A stretch of 63,747 nt of DNA, counting the filler, from Candidatus Rokuibacteriota bacterium (GTDB lineage Bacteria > JAUVQV01 > DATDCY01), in NCBI GenBank assembly GCA_031406795.1. It is 5 parts of 5 records of this genome, joined end to end, with 100 filler letters (N's around TTAATTAATTAA, not from the genome) between each part and the next. Parts side by side here need not be neighbours in the genome. Positions count along the whole stretch, not along the records: positions 26,819 to 42,017 come from JANOHV010000257.1; positions 42,118 to 63,747 come from JANOHV010000261.1; 3 more parts are not named here. One strand, written 5' to 3'. Position 1 is the first letter of the stretch. The number at the start of each line of letters is the position of its first letter. This document shows positions 32,086 through 43,035 of the stretch, one piece after another. A model generated the notes under the pieces. That model searched no databases and was not told the DNA's origin. It saw only the letters and a list, made by a program, of their open reading frames with translations. Made by a program: the position numbers and the translations under genes.

Positions 32086-32937
32086 ATGAACGCGCGAGAT
32101 ATCGTCATCACCGGCTGCCGCGGTCAGCTTGGCCGCGCCTTGCGCGCGCGCCATCCGGGCGCGGTCGCCGTCGACATCGACGAACTCGACATCGCCGATG
32201 CGGGCGCGGTCGAAGCCTTCCCCTGGTCGGGGGTCAATCTGATTCTCAACGCCGCCGGGTACACCAACGTCAACGGCGCCGAAACCGCGGAGGGCCGGGC
32301 GATCGCCTGGAGCGTCAACGCCCGGGCGGTCGCCAACCTCGCCCGGGTGGCGATCGCGCGCGACCTCACGTTCGTCCACGTCAGCACCGACTACGTCTTC
32401 GACGGAACCCGGGCGCCCTACGCGGAGGACGCCGGCTTCTCGCCGCTGAGCGTCTACGGGGCGAGCAAGGCGGCCGGCGACACCGCGGCGGGGCTGGTTC
32501 CCCGGTTGTATCTGCTGCGCACGAGCTGGGTCATCGGCGACGGGAAGAACTTCGTGCGCACCATGCTCGATCTCGCGCGGCGCGGCGTCAACCCCGCCGT
32601 GGTCTCGGACCAGATCGGCCGCCCGACGTTCACCGCGGAGCTGGTGCGCGCCATCGACCATCTGCTCGCTGCGCGCGCCGCCTATGGCACCTACAACGTC
32701 AGCAACGGCGGCCCGTCCGTCTCCTGGGCGGATTTCACGCGTGAGATCTACCGCCAGGCCGGGTTGCCGAACACGGTCGCCGACATCACGACCGCCGCCT
32801 ACAACGCCGGGGCCAGTGGTGTCGCCCCGCGTCCGCTCGGGAGCACGCTCGCGCTCGACAAGCTCGAGGCCATCGGCTTCGCGCCCCGGGACTGGCGCCA
32901 GGCCCTCGGCGATTACCTGCGCGGGCGGCAGCCGTGA
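32086..32937 (+). CDS. rfbD: dTDP-4-dehydrorhamnose reductase family
   Basis: ITGCRGQLG, NAAGYTNV, STDYVFDG, YGASK, DQIGRPT. Confidence 0.85.
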   Translation: MNARDIVITGCRGQLGRALRARHPGAVAVDIDELDIADAGAVEAFPWSGVNLILNAAGYTNVNGAETAEGRAIAWSVNARAVANLARVAIARDLTFVHVSTDYVFDGTRAPYAEDAGFSPLSVYGASKAAGDTAAGLVPRLYLLRTSWVIGDGKNFVRTMLDLARRGVNPAVVSDQIGRPTFTAELVRAIDHLLAARAAYGTYNVSNGGPSVSWADFTREIYRQAGLPNTVADITTAAYNAGASGVAPRPLGSTLALDKLEAIGFAPRDWRQALGDYLRGRQP

Positions 32938-34403
32938 GCGCGGCCGTGTCGATCGCCGGGTTGATGGAAACCAGCGGCGTCGGTTTTGGCACCAGCGGCG
33001 CCCGAGGGCTGGCGCAGGCGATGACCGACCGGGTCTGCTACGCCTACACCGCGGGTTTTCTCGCCTATCTGTCCGGGCGCGGCGAGATCGCCGCCGGGGA
33101 CCGGGTGGCGCTCGCCGGGGACTTGCGGCCGTCGACGCCGCGGATCATGCGCGCCTGCTCGCGGGCGATCCGCGACAGCGGCTTCATGCCCGTGAACTGC
33201 GGCTTCATCCCGACCCCGGCCGTGACAAGCTGGGCGATGGGGGAGGGTCTGGCCAGCATCATGGTCACCGGCAGCCACATTCCGGACGACCGCAACGGCA
33301 TCAAGTTCAACCGCCCGGCGGGGGAGATCCTCAAGGGGGACGAGCCGGGGATCATGGCGCAGGCGCCCGACGTGCCCGATGGGTTCGACGCCGCGGGCGC
33401 GCTGCTCGCCCCGGGGGAACTGCCGCCGGTTTCGTCGCGGGCGCGCGCCGCCTACGTCGCGCGCTACCTGGACTTTCTTCCCGCGGGATCGCTGAGCGGT
33501 CGGCGGATCGCCATCTACGAGCATTCCAGCGTCGCCCGGGAGATCCTGTCCGAGATTCTCTCGGGGCTCGGCGCCGAGGTGCTGCGGCTGGGACGCACGG
33601 AACGCTTCATCCCGGTCGACACCGAGGCGGTGCGGCCGGAGGACGAGGCCCTCGCGCGCGACTGGGCGCGGGAGCACGGTTTCTTCGCAATCTGCTCGGC
33701 CGACGGCGACGGGGACCGGCCCCTCGTGGGCGACGAGGGGGGCGCATTCCTGCGCGGCGACGTGGCGGGCATCCTCACCGCCGGCTGGCTGAAGGCAGAC
33801 ACGGTCGTGACGCCGGTCTCCAGCAACACGGCGGTGGAGCGCTGCGGCTGGTTCGAGCGCGTCGAGCGCACTCGCATCGGTTCTCCCTACGTGATCGCCG
33901 GGATGCTGGCCGCGCCCGGCGCCCGGGTGGTCGGCTACGAGGCCAACGGCGGGTTTCTCACCCGGCACGAGATTCTGCGGGACGGTCGCCGTCTCGCCGC
34001 GTTGCCCACGCGGGATGCCGTCATCGTCGCGCTGGCCCTGCTGCTGTTCGCGGGAGAGCGGGGGGTGCCGCTGTCGGGGCTCACCGGCCTGCTGCCGCGG
34101 CGCTTCACGGCGAGCGACCGCCTCAAGGATTTTCCCACGGCGCTCTCCAGCGCGCGCATCGGGGCGCTGCGCGAAGGGGGCGTGGCCGCGGTGACGGCCG
34201 CCTTCGGCGCGGAATTCGGCGAGGCGCGATCGTTGGACGACACCGACGGACTGCGGATCACCTTCGCCAGCGGGGAGGTCGTCCACCTGCGCCCCTCCGG
34301 TAACGCTCCGGAGTTGCGCTGCTACACCGAGGCCGACGGCCCGCAGCGCGCGGCGGAGATGAACCGCCGCTGCCTGGAAATCCTCGCCGCCTGGCGCGAC
34401 TAG
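32934..34403 (+). CDS. manB: Phosphomannomutase
   Basis: [40 protein letters not shown]. Confidence 0.92.
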   Translation: MSAAVSIAGLMETSGVGFGTSGARGLAQAMTDRVCYAYTAGFLAYLSGRGEIAAGDRVALAGDLRPSTPRIMRACSRAIRDSGFMPVNCGFIPTPAVTSWAMGEGLASIMVTGSHIPDDRNGIKFNRPAGEILKGDEPGIMAQAPDVPDGFDAAGALLAPGELPPVSSRARAAYVARYLDFLPAGSLSGRRIAIYEHSSVAREILSEILSGLGAEVLRLGRTERFIPVDTEAVRPEDEALARDWAREHGFFAICSADGDGDRPLVGDEGGAFLRGDVAGILTAGWLKADTVVTPVSSNTAVERCGWFERVERTRIGSPYVIAGMLAAPGARVVGYEANGGFLTRHEILRDGRRLAALPTRDAVIVALALLLFAGERGVPLSGLTGLLPRRFTASDRLKDFPTALSSARIGALREGGVAAVTAAFGAEFGEARSLDDTDGLRITFASGEVVHLRPSGNAPELRCYTEADGPQRAAEMNRRCLEILAAWRD

Positions 34404-35341
34404 ATCGCCTGGCGGAAGTACTCGATCGTCTTCTTCAGGCCCTCGGCGAGTTGCGTCTTCGGCTCCCAGTCGAGCTCGCGCTTGGCCAGCGAGATGTCGG
34501 GCCGGCGCTGCCGCGGGTCGTCCCCGGGCAGGGGCTTGAAGCAGATGGTGCTGCCGCTGGCGGGGATCATCTGCAGGACGCGCTCGGCCAGCTGGCGGAT
34601 CGTGAACTCGACCGGGTTGCCGAGATTGACCGGGCCGACGAACCCCTGCCCGTTGTTCATCATGCGGACCATGCCCTCGACCAGGTCGTCGATGTACTGG
34701 AAGCTGCGCGTCTGGGAGCCGTCGCCGTAGATCGTCAGATCCTCGTTGCGCAGCGCCTGGACGATGAAGTTCGAAACCACCCGGCCGTCGTTGGGGTGCA
34801 TGTTCGGCCCGTAGGTGTTGAAGATGCGCACGACGCGGATGTCGACCCTGTTCTGCCGGTGGTAGTCGAAGCACAACGTCTCGGCGCAGCGCTTCCCCTC
34901 GTCGTAGCAGGAGCGGATGCCGATCGGGTTGACGCGGCCCCAGTACGACTCGGGCTGGGGGTGCACCTCGGGGTCGCCGTAGACCTCGGAGGTGGACGCC
35001 TGGAGGATGCGGGCCTTGATGCGCTTGGCCAGTCCGAGCATGTTGATCGCGCCGTGCACCGAGGTCTTGGTCGTCGCCACCGGGTCGTGCTGGTAGTGGA
35101 TCGGCGAGGCCGGGCAGGCCAGGTTGTAGATCTGGTCGACCTCCACGTAGAGGGGGAACGTCACGTCGTGCCGGATCAGCTCGAAGCGCTTGTTGTCGAG
35201 CAGCGGCAGGATGTTGTTCTTGTTCCCGGTGAAGAAGTTGTCGAGGCAGAGCACCTCGTGCCCCTCCTCGAGCAGCCGCCGCGACAGGTGCGAGCCGATG
35301 AACCCGGCCCCCCCCGTGATGAGCACCCTTTTCAAACCCAT
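34400..35341 (-). CDS. UDP-glucuronate decarboxylase (UDP-xylose synthase)
   Basis: [45 protein letters not shown]. Confidence 0.95.
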   Translation of the reverse strand: MGLKRVLITGGAGFIGSHLSRRLLEEGHEVLCLDNFFTGNKNNILPLLDNKRFELIRHDVTFPLYVEVDQIYNLACPASPIHYQHDPVATTKTSVHGAINMLGLAKRIKARILQASTSEVYGDPEVHPQPESYWGRVNPIGIRSCYDEGKRCAETLCFDYHRQNRVDIRVVRIFNTYGPNMHPNDGRVVSNFIVQALRNEDLTIYGDGSQTRSFQYIDDLVEGMVRMMNNGQGFVGPVNLGNPVEFTIRQLAERVLQMIPASGSTICFKPLPGDDPRQRRPDISLAKRELDWEPKTQLAEGLKKTIEYFRQAI

Positions 35342-35753
35342 GACCACCCCTCCCGGCAACCGCGGCGTTGGCGCACGAAACTCGGTGCATTTAAGGGCTT
35401 TCGCGGTGGTTTGTCAAAGCGGCGCGGCGCACCCAGATCCGCGCGTACGCGCGGATCCAGCAGCAGAGGAGGCATTTCAACCGTCGAAAAAGCAGGATTT
35501 CTAGCAGAAAGTACGGTGTGGCAGAGGTCAAGCATCGCTCGAAGCATCCATTGCGATCAGATATGAGCAACGACCTGGCTAAACCGGACCAGGTGACAAG
35601 CCTGGCTCTCCTGATCCGCGCGTTACGCGCGGATTTGGGGCGCACCGCGCCGCTTGCGGCGGCCCCGGCGCGTGCTACACTTACGCAAAGTAGCCGGCAG
35701 CCCCGCCATGGCGCGGCGGGCGCCGGCGCGGCAATCATGGCGAGGAGTCAGGC

Positions 35754-36242
35754 ATGAAATCGTGTCCGTGCGGTTCGGAACTGTCCTACGAGGAGTGCTG
35801 CCGTCCCCTGATCAAAGGCCGGCGCAAGGCCGCGACGGCCGAGCAGTTGATGCGCTCGCGCTACAGCGCCTACGTCGAGAAGGAGATCCCGTATCTCCGC
35901 GCGTCGCTGCACCCGGATCACCGGAACGACTACGACGAGAAGGCCAGCCGGGATTGGGCCGAGAGCGCCGAGTGGCACTCCCTGCAGATCCTGAACTCCG
36001 TCGGCGGCGGTCCCGACGACAGCGAGGGGCAGGTCGAGTTCGTCGTCACGTTCACCCAGAAGGACGTCCGGCAGGAACACCACGAACTGTCCACGTTCGC
36101 CCGCGAAGGCGGCAAGTGGTATTTCGTCAACGGCAAAGAAGTGAAGGCCAAGCCGGTGGTCCGCGCGGAACCCAAGGTCGGGCGCAACGATCCCTGCCCC
36201 TGCGGCAGCGGCAAGAAGCACAAGAAGTGCTGCGGGGTCTGA
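35754..36242 (+). CDS. ychJ: YchJ family protein with SEC-C motifs
   Basis: [42 protein letters not shown]. Confidence 0.92.
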   Translation: MKSCPCGSELSYEECCRPLIKGRRKAATAEQLMRSRYSAYVEKEIPYLRASLHPDHRNDYDEKASRDWAESAEWHSLQILNSVGGGPDDSEGQVEFVVTFTQKDVRQEHHELSTFAREGGKWYFVNGKEVKAKPVVRAEPKVGRNDPCPCGSGKKHKKCCGV

Positions 36243-36245
36243 GGC

Positions 36246-36809
36246 ATGGAACTGCACGAGGCAATTCGCAGCCGTCGTTCCTGCCGGCGCTTCACCCCTG
36301 AGGCGGTGTCGCGCGAGGCGCTCGAGCGCATCGTCGCGGCGGCAACCATGGCTCCCTCCGGCAAGAATCGCCAGAATTGGCGGATCTTCGTGACCCGGGG
36401 GGAGGCGCGCGATCGTATCGCGGAGATCTCGGGGAGGTCGTTCGCTCACCACGAGGCGCTGCTGCGCGAGTACTACCAGGAGAAGGTCGTCGAGTTCACG
36501 CGCGGGTTCTTCCGCGATTTCGGCGGCGCCCCGGTGGTGCTGGTCGTTTACACGGAGAAGACGGCGGACGGGCCGTTCGTCGACCTGCAATCCGGCGCCG
36601 CGGCCGTCGAGAACGCGCTGCTGGCCTGCGTGGCCGAGGGCTTGCAGGGCTGCTGGATGACCGCGCCGGTCTGCTTCGAGTCCGAGATCACTGCGGTGCT
36701 CGGGGCGCAGGGACTCGATCTTGTCGCGCTCGTCCCGGTCGGGCATCCGGCGAAAGCGGCGCCCACGCCTCCGCGGCGCGAGGGCCGCGTCACCTGGGTC
36801 GGGTTTTAG
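36246..36809 (+). CDS. Nitroreductase family protein
   Basis: IRSRRSCRRF, MAPSGKNRQNW, AAVENALLA..EGLQGCW. Confidence 0.9.
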   Translation: MELHEAIRSRRSCRRFTPEAVSREALERIVAAATMAPSGKNRQNWRIFVTRGEARDRIAEISGRSFAHHEALLREYYQEKVVEFTRGFFRDFGGAPVVLVVYTEKTADGPFVDLQSGAAAVENALLACVAEGLQGCWMTAPVCFESEITAVLGAQGLDLVALVPVGHPAKAAPTPPRREGRVTWVGF

Positions 36810-36847
36810 CCGGCCGCTGAAAAAGGCCCTGTTTGTCGGTAGTGGTC

Positions 36848-36908
36848 GTAGGGGAGGGGTTCAGCCCCTCCCGTTCCAGCCTCGGGCGGGAGTAAATCCC
36901 GCCCCTAC
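36848..36908. repeat. Inverted pair of GTAG-type REPs (REPIN-like)
   Basis: GTAGGGGAGGGGTTCAGCCCCTCCC ... GGGCGGGAGTAAATCCCGCCCCTAC between convergent genes. Confidence 0.8.
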
Positions 36909-36960
36909 GAACCGCCGCCCGTTCCGGAGGCCGCCTTCGGGAAAATGTGCCGATGTCGCG

Positions 36961-37602
36961 CTACGGCGCCGAGGCCATCAAGCGCGTTAGAGTGCGCCAA
37001 TCGCGCGTCGGCAGGTTGACCGCCAGCGTGTTGACCAGTCCCCGCTCGAGCCAGGTCTCCTGGTCTTTCGAATCTGTCACCCCGTGGAAGGGCAGCATCA
37101 CACGGTAGGCGCGGGGCAGCAGTCCCGGCGGCGCCGCGAGCAGGTCGGCGCGGCGGACGTGGAAGGGGTCCTCGCCCTCGGCGCACGGGCGGCCGAAGAC
37201 CGTGAAGAGGCGGCACGCCATCGGCCGCACGGGGTGGATGGCGCAGCCGTGCTCCACGAGAAAAGGACACTCGCGCGCGCCGGGCGCGTGGCGTTCCAGC
37301 GCTTCGCGCACCGCGGTGCGCGCCGCTCCCTCCAGTTTTTCCACGCAGTACCAGGAGATGCCGGTCAGTTCGATCTGAAAGACGGGTATGTCTCCCTGGG
37401 TCCGGCAGCAGACGTCGCAACCCCTGCTGCAGGCCCGGCGCAGTGCGCGCCGGCGCTCCTCGACCCGCACCGCGGCGGCGATCCCGTCGTCCAGCAGCGC
37501 GTGCATCCGCAGCAGCACCGGCAGCCAGGGGTGCTTCGCCTCGTCCGCCGGAAACCGCGGGCCGGCCAGTGGGATTCCCGAACTTCTTGGTTTTCTCTTC
37601 AT
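36961..37602 (-). CDS. YkgJ family cysteine-cluster protein
   Basis: ACSRGCDVCC, CPFL..GCAIHPVRPMACR; start approximate. Confidence 0.85.
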   Translation of the reverse strand: MKRKPRSSGIPLAGPRFPADEAKHPWLPVLLRMHALLDDGIAAAVRVEERRRALRRACSRGCDVCCRTQGDIPVFQIELTGISWYCVEKLEGAARTAVREALERHAPGARECPFLVEHGCAIHPVRPMACRLFTVFGRPCAEGEDPFHVRRADLLAAPPGLLPRAYRVMLPFHGVTDSKDQETWLERGLVNTLAVNLPTRDWRTLTRLMASAP

Positions 37603-37755
37603 GTGTTCCTGTTCCTCGCCAGTCATACGGAAATCGTCAGCGCCCAGAAGATTCGAGGCGCCGACTCCGTCACGCAAGGCAGCCTTGCCCCTCCCCGAAA
37701 CGTGTGGAGCAGGAACGCTCCCCGGGACCCCGCGCCTTGGGACGTGCTGGACGGT

Positions 37756-37819
37756 GGGGTGGCGCGAAGGGGAGGTCCGCAGCGACCACCCCAGCGGCGG
37801 GGTGGCAGGCAGGACCCCG
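37756..37819 (+). repeat. Dispersed hairpin repeat, copy 2 (intergenic)
   Basis: Matches 8669-8733. Confidence 0.85.
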
Positions 37820-37873
37820 GAGTCCACACGATCTTAGCGAGCTTCGGCGGTCAGAACCTTGTCGTCGCCCCGT

Positions 37874-39100
37874 CTACTTCCCATGACGTTTGCGATAACC
37901 GTGGAGAAAGCGGGCGATTCGCCCGATCGCCTCGGTGAGATCGTCCACGTTCGGCAGGAAGACCACCCGCGCATGATTGGTGTCCGACCAGTTGAAACCC
38001 GTCCCCTGCACCAGCAGAACGCGCTCCTCGTTGAGCAGCTCGAGGATGAACTGCCGGTCGTCGACGATCGGGTAGAGGTGCGGGTCGAAACGCGGGAACA
38101 GATACAGCGCCGCGTGCGGCTTGAAGCAGCTCACCCCCGGGATGTCCGTGAGCAGCCGGTGCGCCAGATCGCGCTGCCGGCAGAGCCGGCCGGTGGGCGC
38201 CACGAGATCGTCGATACTCTGGTAGCCCCCGAGCGCGGTCTGGATGCCGTGCTGCGCCGGGACGTTGGCGCACAGGCGCATCGAGGCCAGCATTTCCAGC
38301 CCCTCGATGTAGTCGCGGGCGTGCCGCTTCTCGCCGGAGACGATCAGCCAGCCGGCGCGGTAGCCGCAGGCGCGGTAGTTCTTGGAGAGGCCGTTGAGCG
38401 TGATGAACAGGACATCGTCGGCGAGCGACGCGGTCGAGACGTGCTTGTTGCCGTCGTAGAGGACCTTGTCGTAGATCTCGTCGGAAAAGACGATCAGCTC
38501 GTGCTGGCGCGCCAGTTCGACGACCTGGGCCAGCAGTTCCTCGGAGTAGAGCGCGCCGGTGGGGTTGTTCGGGTTGATCAGCACGATCGCGCGGGTGTTC
38601 TCGGTGACCTTGCTGCGCATGTCGTCGAGCGCGGGCTGCCACCCCGCCTGCTCGTCGCAGTGGTAGTGGCGCGGGAGGCCGCCGGCGAGGCTCACCGCGG
38701 CCGTCCAGAGCGGGTAGTCCGGCGAGGGGATCAGCACCTCGTCGCCGTTGTTGAGCAGCGCCTGCATCGCCATCACGATCAGCTCGGAGACGCCGTTGCC
38801 GATGTAGATGTCCTCGAGCTGCACGTCCCGGATGCGCTTCTGCTGGGTGTAGTGCATCACGGCCTTGCGCGCCGCGAACAACCCCTTGGAGTCGCAGTAC
38901 CCCGAGGCGGCCGGCAGATTGAGGATAACGTCCTGGAGGATCTCCTCGGGCGCCTCGAAGCCGAAGGCCGCGGGGTTGCCGATGTTCAGCTTGATGATGC
39001 GGTGGCCCTCTTCCTCGAGCTGGCGGGCGTGGGCCAGGACCGGACCGCGGATGTCGTAGCAGACATCCGAGAGTTTGGCCGACTTCAGGATCGATTTCAT
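37874..39100 (-). CDS. alaA: PLP-dependent alanine aminotransferase
   Basis: VCYDIRGPV, KLNIGNPA, INPNNPTG, DEIYDK, GLSKNYRACGYRAGW. Confidence 0.93.
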   Translation of the reverse strand: MKSILKSAKLSDVCYDIRGPVLAHARQLEEEGHRIIKLNIGNPAAFGFEAPEEILQDVILNLPAASGYCDSKGLFAARKAVMHYTQQKRIRDVQLEDIYIGNGVSELIVMAMQALLNNGDEVLIPSPDYPLWTAAVSLAGGLPRHYHCDEQAGWQPALDDMRSKVTENTRAIVLINPNNPTGALYSEELLAQVVELARQHELIVFSDEIYDKVLYDGNKHVSTASLADDVLFITLNGLSKNYRACGYRAGWLIVSGEKRHARDYIEGLEMLASMRLCANVPAQHGIQTALGGYQSIDDLVAPTGRLCRQRDLAHRLLTDIPGVSCFKPHAALYLFPRFDPHLYPIVDDRQFILELLNEERVLLVQGTGFNWSDTNHARVVFLPNVDDLTEAIGRIARFLHGYRKRHGK

Positions 39101-39392
39101 CGCTGACTCCTTCACGCTGCGGCGTCACCGGCCCTCCGGCGCTTCTGCCCGCTCGTACGTCTGATTGTGCGGACTCGCGGCCCGGCAGTCAACGGGCAAC
39201 ATTGACTTTCGCCTGCGGCGGCCGGACACTGGTCTCGGCGAAGGGCCCGGCGTGCTCGCCGGAAATCAGCACGACGGATCCGCCGTCGCCGTGGCGGCCA
39301 CGGAATTTCTCGTGAGCCATGCTCGCCGTCATCGGCCCACGGCGCTTCGTTGCCGGTCGTTTCGACCGGCCCCTTCATGCAGAGGAGGACGT

Positions 39393-39926
39393 ATGAACAA
39401 GAGCGGATTCGTATTTCTCATGGCGGTACTGGCCGCCTTCGGCGCGGTAGTCGCGCCGGGAGTGTCATCGGCGCAGGTTGACGTGAACATCGAGGTCAGG
39501 CTGCCCCTGCCCCCGCTACCCCCGCTGCCTCGCTTCGTGTTCGCTGCGCCGCCGACCGTGGTCGTGGTGCCTGAGACCTACGTGTACGTCGTTCCGGATG
39601 CCGAAGTCGACATCGTCTTCTACCAGGGTTACTGGTATCGGCCGCATGGTGAGCGCTGGTACCGTTCGGCCGGCTACAACGGTCCCTGGAAGCTGCTGAG
39701 GGCGGCGCAGGTGCCGAGCACCTTCGGGATACTTCCCCCCGGGTTCCGCAGCGTGGAACCGGAGCGGGAGCGCATCCCGTATCAGAAGGTGAAGAAAAGC
39801 TGGAAACAGTGGGAGAAGGAACGCTACTGGGACTCGCGCCGGAATGGGCGCGACGAAAATGGGCGGCACGAAGGTGAGCGACACGATCGGCCCGGGCGCG
39901 CCAAAGGGAAGGGCCACGACAAGTAA
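39393..39926 (+). CDS. Exported Pro-rich hypothetical protein
   Basis: AGAGGAGG RBS; signal peptide; FYQGYWYR..WYRS..GPW; charged tail. Confidence 0.75.
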   Translation: MNKSGFVFLMAVLAAFGAVVAPGVSSAQVDVNIEVRLPLPPLPPLPRFVFAAPPTVVVVPETYVYVVPDAEVDIVFYQGYWYRPHGERWYRSAGYNGPWKLLRAAQVPSTFGILPPGFRSVEPERERIPYQKVKKSWKQWEKERYWDSRRNGRDENGRHEGERHDRPGRAKGKGHDK

Positions 39927-39982
39927 GGGATCAGGAAAGGCGGGCCGGCGGCCGCTGCGCCGGTCCGACTCTCCCGGAACTG

Positions 39983-41518
39983 CTACATCGGGCCGTCCAT
40001 CTCCATGATGTCCCAGACGCCCATCATGCCGATGTCCTCGTGCTCGATGATGTGGCAGTGGAACATCGCCATGCCCGGCCAGTGCATGACCGGCATGAGC
40101 ATCCGCACGCTCCCCCACTTCGGGATGATGACCGTGTCCTTCCACGCCGGCGCCCTGGTCAGGAACGAGGCGTAGGCCGCGTCCCCGCCGGTGATCGAGA
40201 GCACCTGGCAGGGATTGACGTGCTGGTGGAAGGGGTGGTCCATGCCGCTGTTGTTCACGATCTCCCAGACCTCGTGGGTCCCGAGCTGCGAGTGCAGCGT
40301 GTAGTGATTCTCCATGGTGAAGGAAATGCCGTTGACGTACCCGCGGCCCCGGCCCATCGAGAGCGTGATCCGCTCGGTCTTCACGGGCGCGGCCGTGCTG
40401 CGCCGGGCCGCCGGATCGATCGTCTTCGGAATGGCCTCGCCGGCGCTGCCCCCCTGATACGACAGCGTCAGCAGCGTGACCTGCTGGCCCATGCTGCCGC
40501 CTCCCCGACTGTAGGGCAGTGATAGCAGCCGGTAGTTCTTCGCGGTCTGCGTGGCCTTCACGAGGAGATCGACCCGCTCACCGGGCGATAGCAGGAAGGA
40601 GGAGACGGGGTACGGCTTGTCGAGGAGGCCGCCCTCGGTTCCGACGACCTGCAGGGTGTGACCCCCCTCGAGGCTCAGCTTCAGGAACCGGGCGTTGCAG
40701 GCGTTCAGGACGCGCCAGCGCTGCACCTGCCCCGGCCGGATGGGGAGCACGGGGTTGACCTGGCCGTTGACCATCACCGTGGTGCCTTCCTTGCCGTGCA
40801 TGTAGTCCATCGCGGAGGTGTAGGGCTGGGGTTCGGACCCGCTCAGGGTGATGTCCTTTACGACCATCAGATGCGTCTCGAAGGCGGAGAGCGCGCCGAT
40901 TTCGTCCTCGATGACCAGTGCGCCGGCCATTCCCCCCCAATACTGCTCGGCAACCGTGCCGTGGTGGTGGGGGTGGTAGAAATTGAGGGTCCCCGGCGTC
41001 TGCAGCGTGAGGTCGTACTCGTAGTCGAACTGCTCGCCGGCCATGAACATCAGCATGGCATTGTCGGCGTTTCCGGAAGGCGAAACATGCAGCCCGTGGG
41101 TGTGGAGGTTGGTCATCTCCCGCTCGTGGCCGAGGATGTTCGTGCCCCCCATCGGCAGCGAGTTCGTGAAATGGACCTTCAGCAGGTCCCCCCGCCGGGC
41201 GCGGATCGTCGGCGCCGGGTAGGCGCCGTTGTAGGTCAGTAGTTGTGCGTTGATTCCGTTGACGTACACCCAGGCCGGCGCTGCCTCGAGATCGACCTCG
41301 ACGACTCCGGCGACGGTGCTCAGGTTCGTCATCTCGACCGGATCCGCGAACGCGGCGCCCGGCGGCGGGTTGATGACGCTCGTGCCTCCGCCCCCCATTC
41401 CCCCGCCGCCGCCCCCCATCATCTGGGCGAACGCAGGTCCGCTCGCGAAACCGGCAGAGACACCGGCGGCGCCGATGGTGAGTCCTCTCAAGAACTGGCG
41501 TCTGGTGACTCTCTTCAT
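39983..41518 (-). CDS. Tat-exported multicopper oxidase
   Basis: TRRQFL; TNLHTHG, FYHPHHHG, HPFHQH, MFHCHIIEHEDIGMM. Confidence 0.95.
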   Translation of the reverse strand: MKRVTRRQFLRGLTIGAAGVSAGFASGPAFAQMMGGGGGGMGGGGTSVINPPPGAAFADPVEMTNLSTVAGVVEVDLEAAPAWVYVNGINAQLLTYNGAYPAPTIRARRGDLLKVHFTNSLPMGGTNILGHEREMTNLHTHGLHVSPSGNADNAMLMFMAGEQFDYEYDLTLQTPGTLNFYHPHHHGTVAEQYWGGMAGALVIEDEIGALSAFETHLMVVKDITLSGSEPQPYTSAMDYMHGKEGTTVMVNGQVNPVLPIRPGQVQRWRVLNACNARFLKLSLEGGHTLQVVGTEGGLLDKPYPVSSFLLSPGERVDLLVKATQTAKNYRLLSLPYSRGGGSMGQQVTLLTLSYQGGSAGEAIPKTIDPAARRSTAAPVKTERITLSMGRGRGYVNGISFTMENHYTLHSQLGTHEVWEIVNNSGMDHPFHQHVNPCQVLSITGGDAAYASFLTRAPAWKDTVIIPKWGSVRMLMPVMHWPGMAMFHCHIIEHEDIGMMGVWDIMEMDGPM

Positions 41519-41665
41519 ATCCCGCTCCTTTTCGGCGACGCATGGCGCAGTCGCCGGATCGAGATGTGCTTACGCTCGTCCGTACACACCCGACAGGAGG
41601 CCGCGTGTCGGCAAGCAGAGGAAGATGAGGCCGGGGCCGCACCGTGCGACCCCGGCCCGGTTCGG

Positions 41666-42017
41666 TCAGGGAATGCAGTTGCCCGCCAGGTCCACCGTGC
41701 CGACGCAGTACGGCCGCATCATCTCGTTGTCCTCATGCGAGAGGATGTGGCAGTGCCACAGATACAGGCCCGCGAGGTCGTACACCGCCTTGACCCTGGT
41801 CACCCCGCCGGGGTAGACGATGACCGTGTCCTTGAAGCCGGTCTCCCCGGGTTCTGGGGGAGTGACCGTGCCGGTCAGCATGTCCGTGCGGTCGATGACC
41901 TGGAACATCACGAGGTGGAGGTGGATCGGGTGGGCGTCGACCGTGAAGTTGTTGATCTCCCAGATCTCCGTGCTGCCGAAGGCCGGGGTTTCCGTGATCG
42001 GGTCCATGAAGTTCATC
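41666..42017 (-). CDS. Multicopper oxidase (CotA/bilirubin oxidase-like), C-terminal fragment, copy A
   Basis: HPIHLHLV, WHCHILSHEDNEMMRP; truncated by gap. Confidence 0.9.
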
Positions 42018-42117
42018 NNNNNNNNNNNNNNNNNNNNNNNNNNNNNNNNNNNNNNNNNNNNTTAATTAATTAANNNNNNNNNNNNNNNNNNNNNNNNNNN
42101 NNNNNNNNNNNNNNNNN
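42018..42117. other. Artificial contig linker
   Basis: N-run with TTAATTAATTAA. Confidence 0.99.
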
Positions 42118-42119
42118 GC

Positions 42120-43025
42120 TTCCGCATCCAGGCGCTGGAGGCGCTCGAGCGCCTCGTCGCGGGCGGCGGCGGCGCCGACCTCGAGGAGCTCGCGCGCGCG
42201 ATCCGCGCGGCCGACCAGTCCTCCCAGGCGGGCATCGAGGCCCAGCGCGCCCGGGTTGCGCGCCTCAAGGAGCGCCTCGTGGGCGCCGGCACGCCCGAGG
42301 CCCGCTGGCTGCTTTCGCTCGCCGACTATCTCGTCGCGAAATCGGTCTGGGGCGTCGGCGGCGACGGCTGGGCCTACGACATCGGGTACGGCGGCGTGGA
42401 CCAGGTGCTCGCCTCGGGGGAGAACATCAACCTGCTCGTCCTCGACACCGAGGTCTATTCAAACACCGGCGGCCAGATGTCCAAGGCGACCCCGCTCGCC
42501 GCCACCGCCCAGTTCGCCGCCGGCGGCAAGCGCACGCCGAAAAAGAACCTCGCCTACATCATGGCGACCTACGGCACCGTCTACGTGGCGCAGGTCGCCT
42601 TCGCGGCCAACATGCAGCAGACGTTGCGGGCGCTCGCCGAGGCCGAGGCCTTCCCGGGGCCGGCCCTCGTCATCGGGTACGCGCACTGTATCTCGCACGG
42701 CTTCGATCTCTCGCGCGGCCTCGAGCAGATGAAGCGGGCGGTCGCCTGCGGGCACTGGCCGCTCTTCCGCTATAACCCGGCCCTCGAGAGCCAGGGGAAG
42801 AGCCCCCTGGTCATCGACAGCAAGCCGCCGACGATCAGCTTCGCGGAATACGCCGGCCGCGAGAATCGCTACCGCTCGCTGCGCGCCAAGGACCCGGCCC
42901 TGGCCGAGGAGCTGATGGGCCGGGCGGAGGCCGACGTGCGCCGCCGCTGGGCCTACCTCCAACACCTCGCGCGCTGGAACCCCGGCGGCGGGGAGACAAC
43001 CGGCGGGGATTCGGGACCAGCCTAG
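42120..43025 (+). CDS. nifJ: Pyruvate:ferredoxin oxidoreductase, C-terminal fragment
   Basis: GGDGWAYDIGYGG, DTEVYSNTGGQ.SKATP, YAHCISHG. Confidence 0.92.
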   Translation, partial: FRIQALEALERLVAGGGGADLEELARAIRAADQSSQAGIEAQRARVARLKERLVGAGTPEARWLLSLADYLVAKSVWGVGGDGWAYDIGYGGVDQVLASGENINLLVLDTEVYSNTGGQMSKATPLAATAQFAAGGKRTPKKNLAYIMATYGTVYVAQVAFAANMQQTLRALAEAEAFPGPALVIGYAHCISHGFDLSRGLEQMKRAVACGHWPLFRYNPALESQGKSPLVIDSKPPTISFAEYAGRENRYRSLRAKDPALAEELMGRAEADVRRRWAYLQHLARWNPGGGETTGGDSGPA

Positions 43026-43035
43026 CTCGCCACCG

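Noticed and set aside
39187-39207. AGTCAA-N9-TTGACT palindrome between divergent genes
   Set aside because: Explicable as back-to-back -35 boxes; single instance with no identifiable regulator.
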